32,000 bases of DNA, taken from positions 540,001 through 572,000 of the forward strand of contig NZ_CP042911.1 in NCBI RefSeq assembly GCF_008065095.1, in the 5' to 3' direction. The notes beneath the pieces are model-generated. The model made no database searches and had not been told where the DNA came from. It saw only the letters and a program-made list of their open reading frames with translations. The DNA comes from Gemmata obscuriglobus. GTDB taxonomy: Bacteria; Planctomycetota; Planctomycetia; Gemmatales; Gemmataceae. Below, piece after piece: positions 17,066 through 23,864 of this stretch (its first letter is position 1; each line of letters opens with the position of its first letter). Both the position numbers and the translations under genes were made by a program.

Positions 17066-17087
17066 GTACGTTCACGGGTTCGCGCAC

Positions 17088-17161
17088 AGCGGTGTGGAGC
17101 CGAATGGTAAGGCGACGCCCTGTTAAGGCGTAATTTGTAGGTTCGATTCCTACCACCGCTG
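17088..17161 (+). tRNA. tRNA-Asn(GTT), non-canonical D region
   Basis: Acceptor AGCGGTG/CACCGCT. Anticodon stem ACGCC/GGCGT with loop CTGTTAA. T-arm GTAGG-TTCGATT-CCTAC. Only a 3-bp D stem (GCC/GGC) after a 4-nt linker. No encoded CCA. Confidence 0.6.
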
Positions 17162-17174
17162 CTCGCTGGTCGCT

Positions 17175-17248
17175 ACGGGGATGGGCTAACGGTATGCCTC
17201 CGGGCTTTGAACCCGGCCACCATGAAGGTTCGACTCCTTCTCCCCGTG
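17175..17248 (+). tRNA. tRNA-Gln(TTG)
   Basis: Acceptor ACGGGGA/TCCCCGT. D stem GGC/GCC. Anticodon stem CCGGG/CCCGG with loop CTTTGAA. T-arm GAAGG-TTCGACT-CCTTC. Unusual 7-nt variable region. No CCA. Confidence 0.65.
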
Positions 17249-17269
17249 CTCGGCGCGGTCGGGACCTGT

Positions 17270-17341
17270 TCCGGGGTAGTTCAACGGTAGCAACGCCGCG
17301 CTCTGAACGCGGAGATGTTGGTTCGATTCCAGCCCCCGGAA
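17270..17341 (+). tRNA. tRNA-Gln(CTG)
   Basis: Acceptor TCCGGGG/CCCCGGA (U1:A72). U8. Anticodon stem CCGCG/CGCGG with loop CTCTGAA. T-arm GTTGG-TTCGATT-CCAGC. No CCA. Confidence 0.85.
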
Positions 17342-17347
17342 CCTCTC

Positions 17348-17456
17348 GAATGCGGAGTGCGGAATTCAGAACGGGGAATTAAAAGCAACGGATTGAAATC
17401 ATTGCTGTGGTTGCTTTGGATTATATTCCGCATTCCGGATTCCGCACTCCGCATTC
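17348..17456. repeat. REP-like nested palindrome between tRNA genes
   Basis: gaatgcggagtgcggaat (17348-17365) is the exact reverse complement of 17439-17456. There is an inner aaagcaac...gttgcttt pair and an extra attccgcattcc half-copy. Confidence 0.85.
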
Positions 17457-17463
17457 AAAACAC

Positions 17464-17536
17464 GCCTCGCACGCTTCAACGGTGAAGCAGCCGGCTTTTA
17501 ACCGGTATACGCAGGGTTCGATCCCCTGGCGGGGCA
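17464..17536 (+). tRNA. tRNA-Lys(TTT)
   Basis: Acceptor GCCTCGC/GCGGGGC (one G:U pair). D stem GCTT/AAGC. Anticodon stem GCCGG/CCGGT with loop CTTTTAA. T-arm CAGGG-TTCGATC-CCCTG. Discriminator A. Position 8 is A rather than U. Confidence 0.75.
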
Positions 17537-17550
17537 CTGGTTCGTAACGT

Positions 17551-17623
17551 CCCGGCGAAGCTAACTCGGTAGAAGCGCCGTGCTGAAAACGCGGAGGAGC
17601 TGGTTCGACCCCAGCCACCGGGA
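17551..17623 (+). tRNA. tRNA-Phe(GAA)
   Basis: Acceptor CCCGGCG/CACCGGG with one C:A mismatch. Anticodon stem CCGTG/CGCGG with loop CTGAAAA. T-arm GCTGG-TTCGACC-CCAGC. Discriminator A. Positions 8-9 are AA. Confidence 0.7.
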
Positions 17624-17692
17624 CCTGTTTTGAAGTTCGGAACTCGGAACGGATCGCGCGGTCCTTGTCGCGATTCCGTGCTCGAAAAGACT

Positions 17693-17764
17693 GCGTTCGT
17701 GAGGTTAGTGGTAGCCTGCTTGGTTCCCAACCAGGATGCGCGGGTTCGAGTCCCGCCGAACGCT
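17693..17764 (+). tRNA. tRNA-Gly(CCC)
   Basis: Acceptor GCGTTCG/CGAACGC. U8. D stem AGGT/GCCT. Anticodon stem CTTGG/CCAGG with loop TTCCCAA. T-arm GCGGG-TTCGAGT-CCCGC. Discriminator U. Confidence 0.9.
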
Positions 17765-17781
17765 CTGCCCGCGCCCGACAT

Positions 17782-17875
17782 CGGGGGCGTACACACGTAG
17801 CTCAATAGTAGAGCACTCGCTTTGGGAGCGGGAAGTTGCCGGTGCGAATCCGGTCGTAACTTTCAACCGCCCCCG
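17782..17875 (+). tRNA. tRNA-Pro(TGG)-like element with a disrupted acceptor stem (possible pseudogene or tRNA-like RNA)
   Basis: Intact D-arm (TA GCTC AATAGTA GAGC). Anticodon arm CTCGC-TTTGGGA-GCGGG. T-arm GCCGG-TGCGAAT-CCGGT. The 7-nt acceptor positions (ACACACG/CGTAACT) pair at only about 4 of 7. Instead, an outer perfect 8-bp helix CGGGGGCG (17782-17789)/CGCCCCCG (17868-17875) closes the structure. Confidence 0.35.
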
Positions 17876-17894
17876 GCACTCGCGCGGGCAACTT

Positions 17895-17966
17895 CAGGAC
17901 GTGGGCCATTGGCTGGCCGCGAGTCTTGGGAACTCGTTCAAGTCGGTTCGATTCCGGCCGTCCTGA
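17895..17966 (+). tRNA. tRNA-Pro(TGG)
   Basis: Acceptor CAGGACG/CGTCCTG (C1:G72). U8. D stem GGCC/GGCC. Anticodon stem CGAGT/ACTCG with loop CTTGGGA (G37). T-arm GTCGG-TTCGATT-CCGGC. Discriminator A. Confidence 0.9.
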
Positions 17967-17970
17967 TCGC

Positions 17971-18041
17971 GCACCGTCCGACGGTTTATCGGCACCGGGC
18001 CTCCGAAGTCTGGTCGGCTGGTTCGACTCCAGCACGGTGTA
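17971..18041 (+). tRNA. tRNA-Arg(CCG), non-canonical D region
   Basis: Acceptor GCACCGT/ACGGTGT. Anticodon stem CGGGC/GTCTG (two G:U pairs) with loop CTCCGAA. T-arm GCTGG-TTCGACT-CCAGC. The best D helix (CCGA/TCGG) starts directly after the acceptor with no 8-9 linker. 71 nt. Confidence 0.6.
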
Positions 18042-18049
18042 CTGTTCGC

Positions 18050-18122
18050 GGGTCGGAAGCTGATACGGAATAGCGGCGGGTTGTTAACCCGCGTGTAGTG
18101 GGTTCGATTCCCACCCGGCCCT
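18050..18122 (+). tRNA. tRNA-Asn(GTT)
   Basis: Acceptor GGGTCGG/CCGGCCC (one G:U pair). D stem GCTG/TAGC. Anticodon stem GCGGG/CCCGC with loop TTGTTAA. T-arm GTGGG-TTCGATT-CCCAC. Positions 8-9 are AA. Discriminator U. Confidence 0.75.
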
Positions 18123-18174
18123 CTGCCACATCTCGCCCACAGTCCGGTTGCCGGTGTCTGCTTTGGATTTGGCT

Positions 18175-18242
18175 TTGTGGCACAGACATTCCTGTCTGTG
18201 CAGTCCTCTCGCGCCGCACAGACATTCCTGTCTGTGCCACAA
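18175..18242. repeat. REP-like element: two copies of the hairpin gcacagaca-ttcc-tgtctgtgc
   Basis: Identical 22-nt hairpins at 18180-18201 and 18216-18237. The outer arms ttgtggcacagaca (18175-18188) and tgtctgtgccacaa (18229-18242) are also complementary. Lies between the tRNA array and the gatB 3' end. Confidence 0.85.
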
Positions 18243-18360
18243 GAAATAGATGCAACTAGCCGGGCTGTGAATCTCGTTCCGCATCGGGGCAACGGAAATC
18301 CAGTAGCCCCGTTCGGCGAAACCAAGGCCCTCGACCTGGGGCACTCGCGTACCGGCGCCA

Positions 18361-19884
18361 TCACACCTTCGCCAGTTCCTCGTCCACGAGGCCGCGCACC
18401 ACCTCGTTCGACACGCCCTTGTTGGCCTTCATCACCTCGCCGACGATCTTCATCTTGGCCGCGTCCTTGCCGCTCTTGAAGTCCGCGACCGCCTTCGGGT
18501 TGTTCGCGATCGCCTGCCTCACGGACTCCCGCAGCGCGTCCGCGTTGACCTCTTTGATGCCCGCTCTCACCTTCGCGGCGGCGAGGTCCAGGCCCTCATC
18601 CACCATCAGCTTGAACACGTCGCGGCGGTCCTGCGAGTTGGTCGGGCCGGTCTTCACGAAGTCCGCGAACTTCGCGGCGTCGAACGGGAACTCCGTGATC
18701 TCCTCCTTGCGCTCGGTCAGCGCGGGGTAGACGAGGTCGCTCATCCGGTTCGCGGCGGCCTTGCCGTCGTTCAGCGCCGTCGCCACCGCCTCGAAGTACG
18801 CCACGGTGGGACGCCCCTTCGCGGTCAGCACCTGCGCGTCGTAAGACGACAGCCCGTACTGCGCCACCAGCCGCTTGCGCTGCTCCTGCGGCAGCTCGCC
18901 CATCGCGGCGCGGGCCTCGGCGAGTTGCGCCTCGGTCACCACCACCGGCACCAGGTCCGGTTCGGGGAAGTACCGGTAGTCGGCCGCATCTTCCTTGTGC
19001 CGCTGGACCACCGTGACGCCCTTCGCGTCGTCCCAGCCGGCGGTCGTCTTCAGCATCTTGCCGAAGCGGAACGTGCCCGCGGTGTCCTTCTGGTACTCCT
19101 CGTAGTGCCGCTTCGCCTCGTAGGTGATGGCCCGGCCGACGGCGCGGAAGCTGTTCAGGTTCTTGATCTCCACCAGCGGCGTGGCGTGGTAGTCCTTGCC
19201 GGTCTCGGCGTGCTCCTTGCCGATCACCGGGACGTGGATGTTCACGTTCGCGTCGCACCGCAGCGAGCCCTCCTGCATCTCGCAGTCGGACACGCCGATC
19301 TCGCGCAGCATCAGCCGGATCTCTTCCAGGTACGCGATCGCCTCCTCGGGCGAGGTCATGTCGGGGTGCGACACGATCTCCAGCAGCGGGGTGCCGGTGC
19401 GGTTGAGGTCCACGAGCGTGTCGCCGCCCTTGCCGCTCTCGTCGTGCAGGTTCTTGCCGGCGTCCTCTTCGAGGTGCGCGCGGATGATCCCGATCTTCCG
19501 GCCCACGAACTCCTTCTTGGGGTCCTTCGCGATGTTGATTTCGAGCCACCCGTCGTGGCTGAACGGCAGGTCGTACTGCGAGATCTGGTAGTTCTTCGGC
19601 AGGTCCGGGTAGTAGTAGTTCTTGCGGTCCCACTTGGTGAAGCCCGGCGCCTGCCCGGGGTGCCGGGCGATCTGGCAGTTGAGCGCCAGCGCCGCCCGGA
19701 GGGCGAGCTTGAACGCCTGCTCGTTCATCACCGGCAGTGACCCGGGCATCCCGAGGCACACCGGGCACGTGGCGGTGTTCGGGGGCAGTCCGAACTTGTT
19801 GAGGCACCCGCAGAACAGTTTGGTCTTGGTGAGGAGCTGGACGTGGACCTCCAGCCCGATGACGATCTTGTACGGCTCGGCCAT
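18361..19884 (-). CDS. gatB: Asp-tRNA(Asn)/Glu-tRNA(Gln) amidotransferase subunit B
   Basis: ATG at 19884 (MAEPYKIVIGLEVHVQLLTKTKLFCGC). CPVCLGMPGSLPV, YYYPDLPKNYQISQ, IGIIRAHLEEDAGK, NRTGTPLLEIVS, RCDANVN and YRYFPEPDL are present. The track ORF extends artefactually to 20085. Confidence 0.95.
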   Translation of the reverse strand: MAEPYKIVIGLEVHVQLLTKTKLFCGCLNKFGLPPNTATCPVCLGMPGSLPVMNEQAFKLALRAALALNCQIARHPGQAPGFTKWDRKNYYYPDLPKNYQISQYDLPFSHDGWLEINIAKDPKKEFVGRKIGIIRAHLEEDAGKNLHDESGKGGDTLVDLNRTGTPLLEIVSHPDMTSPEEAIAYLEEIRLMLREIGVSDCEMQEGSLRCDANVNIHVPVIGKEHAETGKDYHATPLVEIKNLNSFRAVGRAITYEAKRHYEEYQKDTAGTFRFGKMLKTTAGWDDAKGVTVVQRHKEDAADYRYFPEPDLVPVVVTEAQLAEARAAMGELPQEQRKRLVAQYGLSSYDAQVLTAKGRPTVAYFEAVATALNDGKAAANRMSDLVYPALTERKEEITEFPFDAAKFADFVKTGPTNSQDRRDVFKLMVDEGLDLAAAKVRAGIKEVNADALRESVRQAIANNPKAVADFKSGKDAAKMKIVGEVMKANKGVSNEVVRGLVDEELAKV

Positions 19885-19996
19885 GTGCGACGGCTCCCCA
19901 AACTCTTCCGGGTGCGGATGAAAGGGAATTGTAGCGGCCCGCGCCGGAAGGAGAACGGACCGGCCCCGCCGGTTCGCCCCGCGGCCGGAAACGCCA

Positions 19997-20048
19997 TTTT
20001 TGACAGGATCAACGGGATGGTGCTCGATCCTGTCGATCCCGTTAAAAA
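19997..20048. repeat. Cluster of four GATCCYGTY-type 9-mers (two reverse, two forward) flanked by T5 and A5
   Basis: gacaggatc (20002-20010), aacgggatg (20011-20019), gatcctgtc (20026-20034) and gatcccgtt (20035-20043). The order is A B ... A' B', i.e. crossed (pseudoknot-like) complementarity. Lies 113-164 nt upstream of the gatB start. Confidence 0.7.
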
Positions 20049-20081
20049 CGATTCGGGACCCGCCGGCGCTGCTTCCTGGTC

Positions 20082-20193
20082 TCAAGTCACAGGTCGGCAG
20101 GTCTCAAGTCACCAAGGTCGCTCGCGATGCTTGTGACTTGGGACTTGGGACTTGGGAGCCGCGACCTGTGACTTGAGACTTGCCGACCTGTGA
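20082..20193. repeat. REP-like imperfect palindrome built from gtgacttg / gacttgg motifs
   Basis: 20087-20112 pairs with 20168-20193 (26 nt, 1 mismatch). The centre holds three tandem gacttgg heptamers (about 20133-20157). Further gtgacttg copies run to 20211. Lies in the gatB / M28 divergent intergenic region. Confidence 0.8.
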
Positions 20194-20281
20194 TCTGTGA
20201 CTTGTGACTTGCGACTACTGGAGTTCGCATAATAGCCGCGTACCTCTCCGCCTGCCGCACCTCACCGGAAGGACGCACGCC

Positions 20282-21907
20282 GTGACGTTCCGACTCGCAC
20301 TCACCTGCTGCGCCGCGCTGGCGGTAACGGCCCGCGCGCCGGCCGCGGACCCGCCGGCGCTGTCCGCCGACCGCATCAAGGCCGACATCGCGTACCTCGC
20401 CAGCGACCGGCTCGAGGGACGCGGCCCCGGCACGCGCGGCGAGGAGCTGACCACCGACCACATCGCGGCCGAGTTCAAGAAGGCCGGGCTCAAGCCCATC
20501 GGCGCCGCCGGGACGTACTTCCAGCCGGTCCCGCTCGTGCGCGTGGCCACCAGTCCGAAGGCGACGCTCCAGGCCGCCGCCCCGGGCAAGGATCCGATCG
20601 CGTTCCAGTGCGAGGAGGAGTTCTCGGGCACCAGCCACACGCAAACCGAACTCGAAGAGTTCGACGCGGAGGCGGTGTTCGTGGGGCACGGGATCACCGC
20701 GCCCGAGTTCGGGTGGGACGATTACAAGGGCACCGACGTAAGGGGCAAGGTGGTGGTGCTGTTCACCAACGAGCCGCCGTCGGACGACCCGCAGTTCTTC
20801 GGCGGCAAGGCGCTGACGTACTACGGCCGGTGGACGTTCAAGTTCGAGGAGGCCGCGCGCCGCGGGGCCAAGGCGTGCTTCATCATCCACACGAACGAGA
20901 CGGCCGGGTACCCGTACTCGGTGGTGCGCCCGCTCGACGGCGCGCAGCTCAAGCGCGATCCCAACACGCCCGCGCTGGCGTTCGCGGGCTGGCTCTCGCA
21001 GAAGGCCGGGGAAAAGCTCCTGGCCCCCGCGGGCCTCACCGTCGGTGACGCGCTCAAGGCGGCCGACACGAAGGGGTTCAAACCGCGCGCGCTGGGCGTG
21101 AACCTGAAGGGCCGCGTGCCGACCACGATCGAGAAGATCCACAGCAAGAACGTCGTCGGGACGGTCGAGGGCTCCGACCCGACGCTGAAGTCCGAGGCGG
21201 TGCTGTTCACCGCGCACTGGGACCACCTCGGCGTCGGCCGGGCGGTGGTCGGGGACACCATCTACAACGGCGCCGCGGACAACGCCACCGGCACCGCCCT
21301 CCTGATGGAGCTGGCGCGGGCGTGGGCGGCGCAGAGCCCGAAGCCCAAGCGGTCGGCGGTCTTCCTGGCGGTCACCGCCGAGGAGAAGGGGCTGCTCGGG
21401 TCGAAGTACTACGCCCAGAACCCGCTGGTGCCGCTGGGCAAGACCGCGCTGAACCTGAACTTCGACATGATCCTGCCGCTGGGCGTGCCCGAGTCGGTGG
21501 TGGTGACCGGCGCGGACCGCACGACCGCGTTCCCGGTGGTAAAGGCCGCCGCGGCGAAACACAAGTTGGAGGTCGAGCCCGACCCGCGGGCGCACCTGGG
21601 GGTGTTCTACCGGTCGGATCACTTCTCGCTGGCCCGCGCCGGCGTGCCGGCGTTCTCGATCGGCGCCGGGTCGAAGCTCAAGGGCAAGTCGGCGGACTTC
21701 GCGAAGAAGGCGGCGCAGGAGTTCAACGACCAGCGCTACCACGCCCCGCAGGACGAGGTGCGCCCCGAGTGGGACTACTCGGGGTTCCCGGTGCTGGGCG
21801 GGTTCGCGCTCGACATCGCCCGCGCCGCCGCTGACGCCGACAAGCTCCCGACCTGGAACCCCGGCGACGAGTTCCTCCCGGCCCGCCAGAAGAGCGGCGT
21901 GAAGTGA
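20282..21907 (+). CDS. M28-family metallopeptidase (aminopeptidase-like), secreted
   Basis: GTG at 20282 after GGAAGGA. Signal VTFRLALTCCAALAVTARAPA. Motifs LEGRGPGTRG, NVVG, FTAHWDHLG, YNGAADNATGTA, AEEKGLLGS, NLNFDM, YRSDHFSLARAGVPA. Confidence 0.9.
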   Translation: MTFRLALTCCAALAVTARAPAADPPALSADRIKADIAYLASDRLEGRGPGTRGEELTTDHIAAEFKKAGLKPIGAAGTYFQPVPLVRVATSPKATLQAAAPGKDPIAFQCEEEFSGTSHTQTELEEFDAEAVFVGHGITAPEFGWDDYKGTDVRGKVVVLFTNEPPSDDPQFFGGKALTYYGRWTFKFEEAARRGAKACFIIHTNETAGYPYSVVRPLDGAQLKRDPNTPALAFAGWLSQKAGEKLLAPAGLTVGDALKAADTKGFKPRALGVNLKGRVPTTIEKIHSKNVVGTVEGSDPTLKSEAVLFTAHWDHLGVGRAVVGDTIYNGAADNATGTALLMELARAWAAQSPKPKRSAVFLAVTAEEKGLLGSKYYAQNPLVPLGKTALNLNFDMILPLGVPESVVVTGADRTTAFPVVKAAAAKHKLEVEPDPRAHLGVFYRSDHFSLARAGVPAFSIGAGSKLKGKSADFAKKAAQEFNDQRYHAPQDEVRPEWDYSGFPVLGGFALDIARAAADADKLPTWNPGDEFLPARQKSGVK

Positions 21908-22055
21908 CCGCCCGGCGCGGGGACCGAACGTCCGGTCCCCGCGCTCGTAGCCGCGTGCAAAACGACGCGCGCCCCCTTGCAAACCGCTCCGCACCCGGAG
22001 AGAGTGTCGGCTCGAACGCCGTTCGAGTCGGTTCCCTCCTTTCGGGTCACCCATC

Positions 22056-23117
22056 ATGACCGTCCTGTCCCTCCTCCTGCTCGTCGCCGGAGCCGGCGCG
22101 AGCCACACGCCGGCCCGCGCCGACGCCCCCAAGCCGGTCAAGGTGTTCCTGCTCGCCGGGCAGTCGAACATGGAAGGCAAGGCGCCCAACGCGCTGCTCG
22201 ATTCCCAGGCCGCCGACGCGAAGACGAAAGACCTGTTCGCCCACCTCCGCGCCGGCGACAAGTGGGCCGTTCGTGACGACGTGTTCGTCAAGTTCCTCGA
22301 CCGCAAGGGGCCGCTCACGGTCGGGTTCGGTTCGCCGGGCCGCACCGGGGCGGAGCTGGAGTTCGGGACCGCGCTGGGCAACCACTTCGACGAGCCGGTG
22401 CTGCTGGTGAAGGCGGCGTGGGGCGGGCACTCGCTGTACAAGCAGTTCCGGCCGCCGGCCGCCGGGCTGCCGGCCGACGCCGTTCTCGAAAAGGAGCTCA
22501 AGCAAGCCCGGGACCGGGTCCGGCAGAACAACGAGAAGAACAAGAAAACCGATCCGCTGCCGACCCTTGATGAAATCAAGAAGGGCTACGGGGAGTCGTA
22601 CCGCGCGATGCTCGCGGAGGTGAAAGGGGCGACCGAGAACATGGGCACGCTGTTCCCGGCGCTGAAGGGGCGGCCGTTCGAACTCGCCGGGTTCGTGTGG
22701 TTCCAGGGGTGGAACGATCAGTACAACGGGGCCGAGACCGAGTACGAGGCGAACCTCAAGCACCTCATCAACGACGTGCGCAAGGACCTGAAGGCGCCGA
22801 AGCTGCCGGTGGTGATCGCCGCGATGGGGCAGAACGGGTCGAAGCCCGCGACCGGGCCGATGCTCGTCATCCAGAAGGCGCAACTGGCGATGAACGAGGT
22901 GCCCGAGTACCGGGGGAACGTGAAGGCGGTTCGCACCGACGTGCTGGTGGACACAGCCGCGGAGGAGCTGTTCCCGACGTGGCGCGAGAACAAGGAAAAG
23001 TGGGACAAGATCGGCGGCGACTTCCCGTACCACTACCTGGGCAGTGCGATCTGGTTCAACCGCATCGGCAAGTCGCTGGCCGACGCGATGCTCGAACTGC
23101 ACAAGAACAAGCCGTGA
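22056..23117 (+). CDS. Sialate O-acetylesterase-like (SASA/DUF303) carbohydrate esterase, secreted
   Basis: Signal MTVLSLLLLVAGAGA. VFLLAGQSNMEG catalytic-Ser motif. AAWGGHSL, FVWFQGWNDQ and YHYLGSA are present. Confidence 0.85.
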   Translation: MTVLSLLLLVAGAGASHTPARADAPKPVKVFLLAGQSNMEGKAPNALLDSQAADAKTKDLFAHLRAGDKWAVRDDVFVKFLDRKGPLTVGFGSPGRTGAELEFGTALGNHFDEPVLLVKAAWGGHSLYKQFRPPAAGLPADAVLEKELKQARDRVRQNNEKNKKTDPLPTLDEIKKGYGESYRAMLAEVKGATENMGTLFPALKGRPFELAGFVWFQGWNDQYNGAETEYEANLKHLINDVRKDLKAPKLPVVIAAMGQNGSKPATGPMLVIQKAQLAMNEVPEYRGNVKAVRTDVLVDTAAEELFPTWRENKEKWDKIGGDFPYHYLGSAIWFNRIGKSLADAMLELHKNKP

Positions 23118-23372
23118 CCCGACTGCCCCGCCCCGGTCTCCGGCCCCGGTTCGGTCGCTCCGGCGCCCGGGCCGGGCGCGTCCCCGCGGGCGCCAGCAGG
23201 TGGGGACCGTGGCGCATCCGGCGCGCCGTTGGACCCGTCAACAACCCCGGGAACTTGAAACCACCGGACCGGCGCCGGCGCCCGGAACATGAGGCCGACT
23301 CTGACCTTTCCGTCGACGCGGGAACGCATTACCCTAACACCGTCAGCGCACCGACGCGCCTGAGGAGTGGGC

Positions 23373-23831
23373 ATGACCGAACCGAGCAGCACCCCGCCGC
23401 CCCCGCCGCCGGCCGCCCCGCCCGCCGAGGGCTCGGTCGTGTCGTCGGCGGCGAGCGCGATCCTCCCGCTCATGCGCCTGTTGCCGGCCCCGCCGCTCGG
23501 GGCCATCCTCACCCCGCCCGAGCCGCAAGACATTCGGAAGCCGTGGTTCTTCGTGCAGGTGTGGGCCGAGGTGCGGCTCGCCGCGCAGATGTACTTCGAC
23601 TCGCGGTACCGGATCAGCCGCACCGCGCAGATCACCTTCCCGCTGCTCGCGGCGCTGGGCGTGCTCAACTACTTCCTGCTCGCGCACTGGTTCTTCCTCC
23701 CGATCATCTCGCCGATCGTCGAGCGGCTGATGGACGGGGTGCTGGCCGTGGTCGCGTACCGCGTGCTGCTCCGCGAACTGGACCGCTACCGCACCGTGCT
23801 CGATTACCTCGCCCGCTTCTCTCACCGGTAG
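23373..23831 (+). CDS. Hypothetical membrane protein with Pro-rich N-terminus
   Basis: ATG at 23373 after GAGGAG. Hydrophobic segments ITFPLLAALGVLNYFLLAHWFFLPIISPIV and GVLAVVAYRVLL. GC3-rich. Confidence 0.55.
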   Translation: MTEPSSTPPPPPPAAPPAEGSVVSSAASAILPLMRLLPAPPLGAILTPPEPQDIRKPWFFVQVWAEVRLAAQMYFDSRYRISRTAQITFPLLAALGVLNYFLLAHWFFLPIISPIVERLMDGVLAVVAYRVLLRELDRYRTVLDYLARFSHR

Positions 23832-23864
23832 CGGCGGGCGCCCCGTCACCTGGAACCTCAGAAG

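Noticed and set aside
20087-23102. 830-aa (20087..22579) and 351-aa (22047..23102) minus-strand ORFs
   Set aside because: They are antisense to the M28 peptidase and the SASA-like esterase, both of which have catalytic motifs and signal peptides. Their composition is low complexity.
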